Positions 16,039 through 26,983 of a DNA stretch of 32,000 nucleotides are shown in pieces. The number at the start of each line of letters is the position of its first letter. The stretch's first letter is position 1. Position numbers and translations under genes: made by a program. The stretch comes from Longivirga aurantiaca (lineage in GTDB: Bacteria > Actinomycetota > Actinomycetes > S36-B12 > CAIYMF01). The notes beneath the pieces were generated by a model. That model was not told where the DNA came from and did no database searches. It saw nothing but the letters and a program-made list of their open reading frames with translations. The stretch lies in contig NZ_JBHSTI010000008.1 in the NCBI RefSeq assembly GCF_042660085.1, forward strand, positions 1,749,876-1,781,875. The letters are read 5' to 3'.

Positions 16039-16138
16039 GACGACGTGGCGGGCCGGGACCGACCCCCTGGAGGGACGCTCGCACGGCCGTGGATGTTCCC
16101 CGATTCAACCAACCGATGCCCGGATGTGACCGGACGGC

Positions 16139-16938
16139 TCAGACGTGCGCGTGTCGGCGCACGCCCTCGGCCAGCTCGGCCGCCAGCCTTCCCACCGCCG
16201 CGACCCCGGCCGCAGGTGTCTCGGCGTCGAGCAGCAGGCGCACGAAGGCTGAACCCACGATGACACCGTCGGCGTATGCCGCGACGTCGGCGGCCTGGTC
16301 GGGTGTCGACACGCCGAGACCGACCGCGATCGGCAGGCTCGTGCGCGGACGGGTGCGCGCGACGAGCTCGGGGGCCGCGGCCGACACCGACTTCACGCCG
16401 GTCACACCCATGAGGGAGGCGGCGTAGACGAAGCCGGAGGTGATCCCGCAGACGACGTCGATCCGCTCGTCGGAGCTGCTCGGGGCCACGAGGAAGACCC
16501 GGTCGAGCCCGGCCTCGTCGGTGGCCGCGATCCAGGGGCCGGCCTCCTCGGGCGTGAGGTCGGGCGTGATCACGCCCGTGCCGCCGGCGGAGGCGAGGTC
16601 GCGCGCGAACCGCTCGATCCCGTACCTCTCGATGGGGTTCCAGTAGGTCATCACGAGCGTCGGCGCGCCGGTGCGGGCGACGGCCTCGGCCGTCGCGAGC
16701 ACGTCCCTGGTGGTCGTGCCCTGACGCAGGGACTGCTCGGCGGCGGCCTGGATGGTCGGGCCGTCCATGAGCGGGTCGGAGTACGGCAGCCCGATCTCGA
16801 CGACGTCGACGCCGTTCTCGACCATCACGCGGATGGCGTCGACGGCGCCGTCGACCGACGGGAAGCCGGCGGGCAGGTAGCCGACGAGGGCGGCCCGGTC
16901 CTCGGCCCGTGCGGCCGCGAAGGCCTCGTGGAGCGTGC

Positions 16939-16942
<4 letters not shown>
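16139..16942 (-). CDS. trpA: Tryptophan synthase alpha chain
   Basis: [67 protein letters not shown]...[13 protein letters not shown]. Start GTG at 16942, GTGA overlap with trpB. The track ORF extends too far upstream. Confidence 0.96.
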
Positions 16943-18186
<1,244 letters not shown>

Positions 18187-18214
18187 GCGGGAAGTCTCTC
18201 AGTGGTCGGGCGAG

Positions 18215-19024
18215 TCAGCCACGCGCGTTCTTGACGGCAGGGTGGGCCCCCGCCGCGACGAGGTCCTGGACCGCCGTGCGCGGGTCGCCGCCGGTGACGA
18301 GGGACTCCCCCACGAGGACGGCGTCGGCCCCGGCGTGGGCGTAGGCGATGAGGTCGTGCGGCCCGCGCACGCCCGACTCGGCGATGCGCACGCAGCTCTC
18401 GGGGATCGAGGGCGCGACACGGGCGAAGGTCTCGCGGTCGACCTCGAGGGTCTTGAGGTTGCGGACGTTGACACCGATGACCGTGGCGCCGGCGTCCACC
18501 GCGCGGGCCACCTCGAGCTCGTCGTGCACCTCGACCAGCGGGGTGAGCCCGAGCGAGCGCGCGCGCTCGATCAACGAGACCAGCGCCTCCTGCTCGAGGG
18601 CGGCCACGATGAGCAGCGCGACGTCGGCGCCGTACGCCCGCGCCTCCCAGAGCTGGTAGCTGGAGACGATGAAGTCCTTGCGCAGCACGGGGATGTCGAC
18701 GGCGGCACGGACGGCGGCGAGGTCGTCGAGCGAGCCGCCGAACCGGCGCTGCTCGGTGAGCACGCTGATGATGTGCGCGCCGCCGGCCTCGTAGTCGCGG
18801 GCGAGCGCCGCGGGGTCGGCGATGGCAGCCAGCTGGCCCTTGCTGGGGCTCGAGCGCTTGACCTCGGCGATGACGGCGACGCCGTCCTGGCGCAGGACCG
18901 CCTCGGCGTCGATCGCCGCGGGGCGGGCGGCGGCGAGCCGCTTGAGCTCGTCGAGGCTCGTGGCCTCCTGCCGTGCGGCGAGGTCTTCGCGCACGCCGGC
19001 CAGGATGTCGTCGAGCACCGTCAT
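18215..19024 (-). CDS. trpC: Indole-3-glycerol phosphate synthase
   Basis: [31 protein letters not shown]; [16 protein letters not shown]; [31 protein letters not shown]; [14 protein letters not shown]; [10 protein letters not shown]. Confidence 0.97.
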   Translation of the reverse strand: MTVLDDILAGVREDLAARQEATSLDELKRLAAARPAAIDAEAVLRQDGVAVIAEVKRSSPSKGQLAAIADPAALARDYEAGGAHIISVLTEQRRFGGSLDDLAAVRAAVDIPVLRKDFIVSSYQLWEARAYGADVALLIVAALEQEALVSLIERARSLGLTPLVEVHDELEVARAVDAGATVIGVNVRNLKTLEVDRETFARVAPSIPESCVRIAESGVRGPHDLIAYAHAGADAVLVGESLVTGGDPRTAVQDLVAAGAHPAVKNARG

Positions 19025-19073
19025 GCGGTGAGGCTATCCGTTGCGGTGCCGCGGTCGACCCGCCGGGTGGGCG

Positions 19074-19523
19074 TCAGGCCGCCGCTCCTGATCCCAGCCA
19101 CGCCAGCACCTCCACTCCCCCGACGTTGCGGACGACGGTGAACACCGCCAGCGCTCCGACCACGGGCCAGAGGACCGCCGGGCGCAGCAGCGCGTCGGAC
19201 ACCGCCTGGACGGGGTGCGCGCGCTCTCCGTCGGGGTCGCCGATCCACTCCCGGCGCAGCCAGGCCACCCAGAGCAGGACGACCGGGACCACGAGGACGA
19301 CGGTGAGCAGGTTGTGGTCGGCGGCACCGAGGAGGTCTCCGCGCGCCAGCGCGTGGGTGGCGCGCAGACCGCCGCAGAACGGGCAGTCGAGGCCGGTCAG
19401 CGCCTTGGTCGGGCAGAGCGGGTAGTGCCCCGGCTCGTTGGGGTCGACGAGCCCGACGTAGGCGACGCCGACCAGCGCAGCCGCGCCGACGGCGAGCGGC
19501 GCACGCGCGGCAGTGGGGATCAC
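19074..19523 (-). CDS. DUF2752-like small membrane protein
   Basis: GTG at 19523 gives VIPTAARAPLAVGAAALVGVAYVGLVDPNEPGHYPLCPTKALTGLDCPFCGGLRATHALARGDLLGAADHN, with the P-x-C...CPFCGGLRA Cys motif typical of DUF2752. Confidence 0.82.
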   Translation of the reverse strand: MIPTAARAPLAVGAAALVGVAYVGLVDPNEPGHYPLCPTKALTGLDCPFCGGLRATHALARGDLLGAADHNLLTVVLVVPVVLLWVAWLRREWIGDPDGERAHPVQAVSDALLRPAVLWPVVGALAVFTVVRNVGGVEVLAWLGSGAAA

Positions 19524-20914
19524 GGCACCAGGGTAGGCGCCGGGCCCGGCAGCACCACGCCGATCCGCGCGCCACCCTCCGGCGCGGTGCCCGCGAAGGC
19601 CCGCCCGCCCAGCCTCTCCGCGAGCCGGCCGACGAGGGCGAGCCCCACTCCGGTGCCGACGGTCCGGACGCCTCGGTAGCGCTCGTAGAGGGCCGCGGGC
19701 TCGAACGCCACCGCGACGTCGTCCGGCGTGAGCCCCGGTCCGCCGTCCCGCACCTCGAGGACCGCCGATCCGGGCTGCGCATGCAGCGCGATGACGAGCG
19801 GCCCTCCCGTCGGCGTGACCCGCAGGGCGTTCTCGCACAGGTTGTCGACGACCTGCCGCACCCGGAGCGGATCGGTGCGGACGACGAGCGTCGCCGGGAG
19901 CTCGGCGGAGAACCGGACGCCGACCTTCTCGCAGCGCGCCGACCAGACACCGGCCGCCTCGTGGCACACCGTCACGAGGTCGACGTCGACGAGCGACAGG
20001 CGCAGGTCGGCGGCCCCCAGCCGGGCGAGGTCGAGCAGGTCCGCCACGAGCCGCTCCAGCCGCTGCGCCTCCGTCAGCATGAGCGCGCCGGTCGCCGGCA
20101 CCTGCTCCGGACCGACGACACCGTCGGCGAGGGCCTCGGCGTACCCCGTGATCCCGGTGAGCGGCGTGCGCAGCTCGTGGCTCACGGTCAGGAGGAAGTC
20201 GCGCTGCCTCCCCTCGCTCTGCGCGAGGGCCGACGACAGGCGGTTGAGCGACTCCGAGACGCTCGCCACCTCCTCCGGGCCGTCGACGGGGAGCGCGACG
20301 TCGCGCGCACCCGTCGACATGCGCTCGGCCGCATCGGCCGCACGGCGCAGCGGGCGGACGAGGCGCCGGGCCGCGAGCAGCCCCACGCCCGCGGCCACCA
20401 CGAGCCCGATCAGGCCCGCCAGGAGGAGCCTGCGCAGCGCGACGGTGCCCTGCGAGGCGGCCGCGGCGGAGTCCTGGACGAGGAACACGGACCGGCCCGA
20501 CCCCGTGGGGCGCCCCTCGATGAGCACCGTGCCCCCGGACCCCGTGCTGCGGACGTCGCTGACCGTGCCGCCCGCGCGGGTGACCGCCAGGTCTGCCTCG
20601 GTGACGGGCGGGGAGGCGACGCCCTTCGGACGCACGACGTCGACCGAGATGCCCTGCGCCGCCAGCACCTGGCGCAGCCGCGCGCCGTTCATCATCTGGC
20701 CCATCACGCCGTCGTCCTGGCGGTCGATCACCTCGGCGAGCAGGTCCGCCTGGGTGCCGAGCTGCTGGCGCGCCTGGGTCTGGGCAGCCGCGCTGATGAG
20801 CGGGTACGACACGACACCGGCGACCAGCACCGCCACGACGGCCACGAGCGCGGTGACGAGGGCGAGCTGCGCGCCCAGGGTCGTGCGCCCGGACGACGCC
20901 GCGGGGGCGCTCAC
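19520..20914 (-). CDS. Sensor histidine kinase (HAMP, HisKA, HATPase_c)
   Basis: Two TM segments flanking an extracytoplasmic domain; RRLVRPLRRAADAAERM (HAMP); FLLTVSHELRTPLTGITGYAEAL (H box); NLCENALRVTP (N box). Overlaps the response regulator by 4 nt. Confidence 0.95.
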   Translation of the reverse strand: MSAPAASSGRTTLGAQLALVTALVAVVAVLVAGVVSYPLISAAAQTQARQQLGTQADLLAEVIDRQDDGVMGQMMNGARLRQVLAAQGISVDVVRPKGVASPPVTEADLAVTRAGGTVSDVRSTGSGGTVLIEGRPTGSGRSVFLVQDSAAAASQGTVALRRLLLAGLIGLVVAAGVGLLAARRLVRPLRRAADAAERMSTGARDVALPVDGPEEVASVSESLNRLSSALAQSEGRQRDFLLTVSHELRTPLTGITGYAEALADGVVGPEQVPATGALMLTEAQRLERLVADLLDLARLGAADLRLSLVDVDLVTVCHEAAGVWSARCEKVGVRFSAELPATLVVRTDPLRVRQVVDNLCENALRVTPTGGPLVIALHAQPGSAVLEVRDGGPGLTPDDVAVAFEPAALYERYRGVRTVGTGVGLALVGRLAERLGGRAFAGTAPEGGARIGVVLPGPAPTLVP

Positions 20915-21594
20915 GGCGTCTCGGCGCTGTAGCCGACGCCGCGCACGGTGCGGATCGGGCTCGCGTCGCCGAGCTTGGCGCGCACCTGGGCCACGTGGAC
21001 GTCGACCGTGCGGGTGCCTGCGGCGGCGGCGTAGCCCCAGACCTCCGAGAGCAGCTGCTCGCGCGAGAGCACCCGGCCGGGGCTCTTCATGAGGTGCACG
21101 AGGAGGTCGAACTCGGTTGCCGTCAGCTCCACCTCGGCGCCGTCGACACGCACCTTGTGCGCATCCCGGTCGACCTCGACGCGTCCGAGCACGAGGTGCG
21201 GCGAGGCGGTCACCACGCCGCTGCGGCGGACGGCGGCCTTCACCCGGGCCACGACCTCGCGCGGCGAGAACGGCTTGGTGATGTAGTCGTCGGCACCGAG
21301 CTCGAGGCCCAGCACACGGTCGATCTCGTCGTCGCGCGCCGTGCAGAACAGGATCGGCACCCAGTCGCCGTCCGCGCGCAGCCTGCGGCAGACCTCGGTG
21401 CCGTCGATCTCGGGGAGCCCCACGTCCAGGACGACGGCCACGGGGTGCAGGGCCCGCGCCGAGGCGAGCCCGCCGCGGCCGTCGCGCTCGACATGGACGC
21501 CGAAGCCCTCGCGGGACAGGTAGAGGCGGAGCAGGTCGGCGATGGCCGCCTCGTCCTCGACGACGAGGACCAGGCCCTTCTGCTCGGTGCTCAC
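20911..21594 (-). CDS. OmpR/PhoB-family response regulator
   Basis: VLVVEDEAAIADLLRLYLSREGFGVHV receiver, VVLDVGLPEIDG phospho-Asp, winged-helix LSREQLLSEVWGYAAAAGTRTVDVHVAQVRAKLGD. GTG start at 21594. Confidence 0.96.
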   Translation of the reverse strand: MSTEQKGLVLVVEDEAAIADLLRLYLSREGFGVHVERDGRGGLASARALHPVAVVLDVGLPEIDGTEVCRRLRADGDWVPILFCTARDDEIDRVLGLELGADDYITKPFSPREVVARVKAAVRRSGVVTASPHLVLGRVEVDRDAHKVRVDGAEVELTATEFDLLVHLMKSPGRVLSREQLLSEVWGYAAAAGTRTVDVHVAQVRAKLGDASPIRTVRGVGYSAETP

Positions 21595-21619
21595 GCGCTC
21601 AGCGTGGCAGAGCCGGAGG

Positions 21620-21637
21620 CACGCTCACGTGAGCGTG
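21620..21637. promoter_or_regulatory. 18-bp perfect palindrome upstream of the response regulator gene (operator or small hairpin)
   Basis: CACGCTCACGTGAGCGTG equals its own reverse complement. It ends 26 nt upstream of the response regulator GTG. Confidence 0.45.
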
Positions 21638-21676
21638 ATGTTCGGGTCGTGCAAAGAGTCCGTAGGACCCGGGAGA

Positions 21677-21898
21677 TCAGTGCTCGGCGGGGGCGGTGCC
21701 CTGGCCGTAGCCCATCATCGACATGACCTTGCCGACGACGCCGCCGACGACGAAGAGGCCGACGCCGCCGATCCAGAACAGCGCCCAGTTGGCCGCGAGG
21801 ACCCCGACCGCGCCGATGACGAAGGCGACCATGCAGATGGTCACCGCGGTCCACGCTGCGGGCGTGTTGCCGTGGGAGTTGAACGGGCGCTCGCTCAT
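21677..21898 (-). CDS. HGxxPAAW-motif small membrane protein
   Basis: MSERPFNSHGNTPAAWTAVTICMVAFVIGAVGVLAANWALFWIGGVGLFVVGGVVGKVMSMMGYG, containing HGNTPAAW. Confidence 0.88.
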   Translation of the reverse strand: MSERPFNSHGNTPAAWTAVTICMVAFVIGAVGVLAANWALFWIGGVGLFVVGGVVGKVMSMMGYGQGTAPAEH

Positions 21899-22626
21899 GG
21901 GGTGTCCTCCGGTGCGTCGGTCGGCGTCATTGTGCCAGTCGCGGGGCCGGGAGACCTGCCCCGGGTCGGCTCCGGCTGCGTGTCGGGCGCGGGGTCCGCT
22001 GTCGGGTCGACGGTCGGGTCGACGCCCTGGTCGAGCTGCTCCCACGCGCTCGCCGGACCGGTCGGGGCGCCGGCAGCAGCCGAGGACCCGTCGCCGTCGG
22101 CCCTCTCGTACTTCCGTCCCATCACCGGCCAGGTGCCGCCGCGCAGCGCGGCCAGGACCCCGACGACCACGAGGAGCGCTCCCCCGACGGCGACGACAAC
22201 CCACCAGGGGCGCACCGACAGCTCGACGTCGACGTCGATCCCGGCCTTCTCGGAGACGAGCCGGACGACGTCGGCGCGGTTGCCCGCTCCGGTGCCGAAC
22301 CAGAGCGCGCCCACCAGCGCGACGAGCCCCTCGAGGACGAGCAGCACGCCGGTGACGGCGCGGCCGAAGCGGCGGGTGGCCACAAGCCCGGCGATCCCGG
22401 CGAGGGCGAGGATCGCCGAGGCCGAGCCGGCCGGCTGGATCTCGCGGCCCTTCAGCTCGACCGCCAGCGAGGGCAGGCCCTCCTGCAGGACGACCGCGCT
22501 GGCCCACACCTGGGCGTACCCGACGAACAGCAGCGCGGCGCCGACGGCCAGCAGGAGGAGCGCCCGGCGGTAGCCCCTGCGGTCCGGGGCGACGGCCTCG
22601 GCGAGCAGGCCCGCGTCGTCGCTCAT
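21895..22626 (-). CDS. Trp-operon-associated membrane protein (Trp_oprn_chp/TIGR02234-like)
   Basis: [42 protein letters not shown]...; four hydrophobic segments and position immediately after trpE with a 4-nt overlap. Confidence 0.82.
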   Translation of the reverse strand: MSDDAGLLAEAVAPDRRGYRRALLLLAVGAALLFVGYAQVWASAVVLQEGLPSLAVELKGREIQPAGSASAILALAGIAGLVATRRFGRAVTGVLLVLEGLVALVGALWFGTGAGNRADVVRLVSEKAGIDVDVELSVRPWWVVVAVGGALLVVVGVLAALRGGTWPVMGRKYERADGDGSSAAAGAPTGPASAWEQLDQGVDPTVDPTADPAPDTQPEPTRGRSPGPATGTMTPTDAPEDTP

Positions 22627-24206
22627 GCGCTGCCGGCCGGGCGCATCGTGGCGGCCATGGCCACGGCGCGCAGCACGGCCGCGGCCTTGTTGCCGCACTC
22701 CTCGTGCTCGGTCGCGGGCACCGAGTCGGCCACGAGCCCCGCACCCGCCTGCACGTGGGCGACCCCGTCCTTGATGACGGCCGTACGGATCGCGATGGCG
22801 GTGTCGAGGTCGCCGGCGAAGTCGAGGTAGCCGACGCACCCGGCGTAGACGCCACGGCGCACCGGCTCGAGCTCGTCGATGATCTCCATCGCCCGCGGCT
22901 TCGGCGCCCCCGAGAGCGTGCCCGCCGGGAACGTCGCCGCCAGCACGTCGTACGCCGTGCGCCCCTCGGCGAGGGTGCCGACGACGGTCGAGACGATGTG
23001 CATGATGTGGCTGTAGCGCTCGACCTTCATGAACTCCACGACCTCGACCGAGCCCGGCGCGCAGACGCGGCCGAGGTCGTTGCGGCCGAGGTCGACGAGC
23101 ATGAGGTGCTCGGCCCGCTCCTTCTCGTCGGCGAGGAGCTCCACCGCGAGCGCGTTGTCCGCCTCGGGGGTGGCGCCGCGGGGACGCGAGCCCGCGATCG
23201 GGTGCAGCAGCGCGCGACCGCCCTCGACCTTCACCAGCGCCTCCGGCGAGGAGCCCACGATGTCGAAGGCCACCTCGTCCGACAGCGAGCCGTCGTCGGT
23301 CACGACGGGCACGCGCAGCAGGTACATGTACGGGCTCGGGTTGGTGACGCGCAGGACGCGGTACACGTCCAACGAGGTGGCGGGGCTCGGGGCGCTGAAC
23401 CGCTGCGACAGCACGATCTGGAAGGCGTCGCCGGCGCGGATGTACTCCCTGCAGGCCTCGACGCCGGCCATGTAGGTCGCGGCGTCGGTGCGCGAGGAGA
23501 CCTCGCCGACCGCGGCGACGTCGTACGTCACGGCCGAGGCGGACGAGTGGGTGGCGAGGTCGGACTGCATGGCGTCGAGCCGGCGCACGGCGTCGGCCCA
23601 GGCGTCGTCGACCCGCTCGTCGGTGGCGTCGTAGTTGATCGCGTTGGCGATCAGGAGCACCGAGCCGTCGTGGTGGTCGAGGACTGCGAGGTCCGTGGCG
23701 AGCAGCATCGCGAGCTCGGGCACGCCGATCTCGTCCGGGTTGGTGTCCGGCAGGCGCTCCCACCGGCGGACGACGTCGTACGAGAGGTAGCCGACCATCC
23801 CACCTGTCAGCGGGGGCAGGCCGGGGAGCCGCTCGGTGTGCAGCGCGGCGATCGTGTCGCGCAGCGCCTCGACCGGGTTGCCGCTCGTGGGCAGGCCCAC
23901 GGGGGCGTTGCCGAACCAGCGGGCCTCGCCGCCGACCTCGGTGAGCATGGCCGCGCAGCGCACCCCCACGAACGAGTAGCGCGACCACGATCGGCCGTGC
24001 TCGGCGGACTCGAGCAGGAACGTGCCGGCGCGCTCCCCCGCGAGCTTGCGGTAGAGGCCGGTAGGCGTCTCGCCGTCGGCGAGCAGACGTCGTACGACGG
24101 GGATGACGCGCCGCTCACGGGCGAGGGCGCGGAAGGTCTCGAGGTCGGGCGCTGCCGACCCGGCGAACCCGCCGGGGTACGGCGACTGCTCGGCGGCGGG
24201 GCTCAT
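22623..24206 (-). CDS. trpE: Anthranilate synthase component I
   Basis: [50 protein letters not shown] region; [25 protein letters not shown]; [18 protein letters not shown]; [20 protein letters not shown]. Confidence 0.96.
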   Translation of the reverse strand: MSPAAEQSPYPGGFAGSAAPDLETFRALARERRVIPVVRRLLADGETPTGLYRKLAGERAGTFLLESAEHGRSWSRYSFVGVRCAAMLTEVGGEARWFGNAPVGLPTSGNPVEALRDTIAALHTERLPGLPPLTGGMVGYLSYDVVRRWERLPDTNPDEIGVPELAMLLATDLAVLDHHDGSVLLIANAINYDATDERVDDAWADAVRRLDAMQSDLATHSSASAVTYDVAAVGEVSSRTDAATYMAGVEACREYIRAGDAFQIVLSQRFSAPSPATSLDVYRVLRVTNPSPYMYLLRVPVVTDDGSLSDEVAFDIVGSSPEALVKVEGGRALLHPIAGSRPRGATPEADNALAVELLADEKERAEHLMLVDLGRNDLGRVCAPGSVEVVEFMKVERYSHIMHIVSTVVGTLAEGRTAYDVLAATFPAGTLSGAPKPRAMEIIDELEPVRRGVYAGCVGYLDFAGDLDTAIAIRTAVIKDGVAHVQAGAGLVADSVPATEHEECGNKAAAVLRAVAMAATMRPAGSA

Positions 24207-24559
24207 GCGGTCACCAGGCGGTCCGCGTCGAAGCAGGTGCGGTCGCCGGTGTGGCAGGCGCCGCCCACCTGGTCGACCTTGACGAGGACGGTGTCGCCGT
24301 CGCAGTCCAGGCGCACCTCGCGCACGTGCTGCACGTGGCCCGAGGTGTCGCCCTTGACCCACAGCGACTGCCGCGACCGCGACCAGTACGTGGCCCGTCC
24401 GCTCGTCAGCGTGAGGCGGAGCGCCTCGGCGTCCATCCACGCGACCATGAGCACCTCGCCGGAGTCCCACTGCTGCGCCACCGCGGTGACGAGGCCGCGG
24501 TCGTCGAAGCGGACGCGGGCGAGCAGGTCGTCGGCTGGTGTCTCGGTCACGCGCGCCAT
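24203..24559 (-). CDS. hisI: Phosphoribosyl-AMP cyclohydrolase
   Basis: [75 protein letters not shown] is diagnostic. Confidence 0.97.
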   Translation of the reverse strand: MARVTETPADDLLARVRFDDRGLVTAVAQQWDSGEVLMVAWMDAEALRLTLTSGRATYWSRSRQSLWVKGDTSGHVQHVREVRLDCDGDTVLVKVDQVGGACHTGDRTCFDADRLVTA

Positions 24560-24669
24560 TCTGCCGTGACACCGGCCCGGTGCAGTCCCGGGTTACGGCG
24601 GGTCGGCGTGGCAGGATCTGCATCGCGGTCGAGGGGCGGCCGTGACGGCCGGTGACGCAGGGGGATCCG

Positions 24670-25386
24670 ATGACCGACCAGCCGCGGGACCCGTTCGCGC
24701 CACCGGACTCTGCCGGTTCGTTCCGTCCGACCGGCTTCCCGCCGCCCGCGCCGCCGGTGCCGGCGTTCCCGCCGCCCACCGGCGCGCCGCTGCCCCCGCC
24801 TCCGTGGTCCGGCGACCCCTTCGGTGCGGCCGTCCCGCCGAAGCCGCGACGCAGGGGACGCGGCCTGATCATCGCCGGTGCGGTGGCGGCCGGCGTGCTC
24901 CTGCTCGGGGCAGCCGGCATCGGGGCCGTGCAGATGCTCGACGGCGCGCTCAGCTCGTCCCGGGCGGGGCTGTCGACCACGGGCACGGGCGGCGACGTCT
25001 GGATCAGCGACGTCGGCGCCGGGGACTGCTACGTGCTCGACGCCGAGGAGCGGCGCGAAGCGAGGGCGGGCTACGTGACCCTCGTCGACTGCACCGAGCC
25101 GCACGACGGCCAGGTGTACGCCGTCGTCCCGGTCGACTTCGACAGCTGGCCCGGCAAGCGCGAGGTCAACGACGCCGCCGAGAAGGGCTGCAGGGCGAAG
25201 GACGTGCTGCTCGACGACGCCATCTGGGACGCCACCGGGCTCGCGGGGAACTGGTACCTGCCGTTCGAGGAGGACTGGGACGTCGAGGACCACACCGCGC
25301 AGTGCGTGGTGGAGGCGGACGACGCGCTCGGCCTGCGCCGGTCGTGGCTCGCCAGCGACTCCGGCACCTCGACCGAGGCCGCCTGA
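24670..25386 (+). CDS. Proline-rich, single-TM protein with septum-formation/DUF4190-like C-terminal domain
   Basis: Pro-rich N-terminus (PPAPPVPAFPPPTGAPLPPPPW), GLIIAGAVAAGVLLLGAAGIGAVQ TM segment, and extracytoplasmic VGAGDCYVLDAEER...VTLVDCTEPHDGQVYAVVPVDF. A GTG at 24652 is an alternative start. Confidence 0.7.
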   Translation: MTDQPRDPFAPPDSAGSFRPTGFPPPAPPVPAFPPPTGAPLPPPPWSGDPFGAAVPPKPRRRGRGLIIAGAVAAGVLLLGAAGIGAVQMLDGALSSSRAGLSTTGTGGDVWISDVGAGDCYVLDAEERREARAGYVTLVDCTEPHDGQVYAVVPVDFDSWPGKREVNDAAEKGCRAKDVLLDDAIWDATGLAGNWYLPFEEDWDVEDHTAQCVVEADDALGLRRSWLASDSGTSTEAA

Positions 25387-25392
25387 CCCTGG

Positions 25393-26181
25393 TCAGGCGC
25401 GGCGCAGCCAGCGCCCGCCCTCGCCGATCGTGAGCAGCAGGAGCATGGCGGCCGTCGCGGCGATGGCGAGCCAGTTGCCCAGGCTCACGCTCGCCGAGAC
25501 CCCTGCCCCGTCGACGCCGGTCGTGCGCTGGTAGAGCGAGCCGAGCAGGCTCAGCGCGGAGAGGACGACGAGCGTCCACCCTGCCCAGCGGTGCCCGCGC
25601 ACGGTCATCACCCCCATCACGAGGTAGAGGCACGAGGCCGCGGCCATCACCAGCCCCACGACCAGGACGGTTCCGAGGATCGCGGAGGCGAACTCGTCCA
25701 GCCCCTGGATATCCGGGTTCGCCGCCACCGCCTGCTCGATCTCGGACTTGGCCGCGAGGTAGCCGACGAGCGTGAGTGCCGCTCCCAGTGCCGCGAGGAC
25801 TCCGAACACGATCGAGATCACGCCGGCGGCGAGCACGGAACCGGGCCGCACGTCGGCGGGGGCCGCCGCCGCGCGGCGGTGGGCGTGCGCCGCCGTCGAC
25901 GCCGTGGGGTCCCAGACGGTCGGAGCGTCGTCGTACCCGGCGGCGATGCTGTTGTGCACGGGCACGGCGCCGTAGCCCGGAGCCGCGTGCGGTCCGGTGG
26001 GCACGGCCGCGTCCACCGGGAGGCCGAACTGGTTGACCGCGGGGGCGGGCTGCGTCGCCGCGTACTGCTGCTGCACGGGCGCCTGCGGCGCCGCGGGCAT
26101 GCCGAAACGGTCCGTCGCCGAGCCGGGCGGCGGCGTCGACCGGGGGCCGGTGGCGAAGAAGTCGTACTCCGGTGCAGCCAT
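25393..26181 (-). CDS. Hypothetical membrane protein with Pro/Gln/Ala-rich cytoplasmic N-terminus and four TM segments
   Basis: MAAPEYDFFATGPRSTPPPGSATDRFGMPAAPQAPVQQQYAATQPAPAVNQFG... then hydrophobic segments. No family recognised with confidence. Confidence 0.7.
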   Translation of the reverse strand: MAAPEYDFFATGPRSTPPPGSATDRFGMPAAPQAPVQQQYAATQPAPAVNQFGLPVDAAVPTGPHAAPGYGAVPVHNSIAAGYDDAPTVWDPTASTAAHAHRRAAAAPADVRPGSVLAAGVISIVFGVLAALGAALTLVGYLAAKSEIEQAVAANPDIQGLDEFASAILGTVLVVGLVMAAASCLYLVMGVMTVRGHRWAGWTLVVLSALSLLGSLYQRTTGVDGAGVSASVSLGNWLAIAATAAMLLLLTIGEGGRWLRRA

Positions 26182-26337
26182 GGCGAGAACCCTCCCCGGG
26201 GCAGGAGGGACCTCCCACCCCACTATCGACCTCGGCAGGGGTGGACCTGCCCTTGAGCGCCGTACGGCTGACCGAGCGACCCCGACGTAGGCTGCGAGCA
26301 CGAGCCGCAGGGACGTGCGGCAGGTCTGGAGGACCCG

Positions 26338-26976
26338 GTGGCCAGCAACTCCGTCGCGCGTGCCGAGCGCGCCGCGCTCGCCGAGCTGATGACCGAGGTG
26401 GGCCCGGACGCGCCCACGCTGTGCGGCACCTGGACGACGCGCGACCTCGCTGCGCACCTGGTGCTGCGCGAGCGCCGCCCCGAGGCCCTGGGCCTCGTGA
26501 TCCCGGCGCTGCGCGGGCGGATGGAGTCGGTGCAGGACGGCATCGCGGCGCGGCCGTACGACGAGGTCGTGGCCGAGGTGCGGCAGGGTCCGCCCTTCTG
26601 GAACCCGATGGGGATCGGGCCGTTCGACGCCCAGGCCAACACCGTGGAGTTCTTCGTCCACCACGAGGACGTGCGCCGCGCCGCGACCGGGTGGACCCCG
26701 CGCGAGCTCGACGCGGCGACGACCGAAGCGCTCTGGAAGGTCGTCGGGACGACCCTGCGCGCGATCGCCCAGCGCTCGCCCGTCGGGATCGACGTCGCAC
26801 CCTCCGACGGCCCTGCTGCCGGCACGACGACGACGCTCAAGGGCGGCACGCCGTCGGTGACGCTGGTGGGGCCGGTCGGCGAGATCGTGCTCGCGGTCTA
26901 CGGCCGCGTGACGTCGCTCCTCGAGGTCGTGGGCGATCCGGCGGTGGCCGAGGCGTTCGCGTCGTTCCCGCGCTGA
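26338..26976 (+). CDS. TIGR03085-like / DinB-MDMPI superfamily metal-binding protein
   Basis: ASNSVARAERAALAELMTEVGPDAPTLCGTWTTRDLAAHLVLRERRPEALGLV... C-terminal TLKGGTPSVTLVGPVGEIVLAVYGR. Confidence 0.8.
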   Translation: MASNSVARAERAALAELMTEVGPDAPTLCGTWTTRDLAAHLVLRERRPEALGLVIPALRGRMESVQDGIAARPYDEVVAEVRQGPPFWNPMGIGPFDAQANTVEFFVHHEDVRRAATGWTPRELDAATTEALWKVVGTTLRAIAQRSPVGIDVAPSDGPAAGTTTTLKGGTPSVTLVGPVGEIVLAVYGRVTSLLEVVGDPAVAEAFASFPR

Positions 26977-26983
26977 GGGACGG

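Noticed and set aside
24203-24570. trp attenuator or leader peptide before trpE
   Set aside because: trpE overlaps hisI by 4 nt, so there is no leader region. I also saw no tandem Trp-codon peptide near trpC or trpB.
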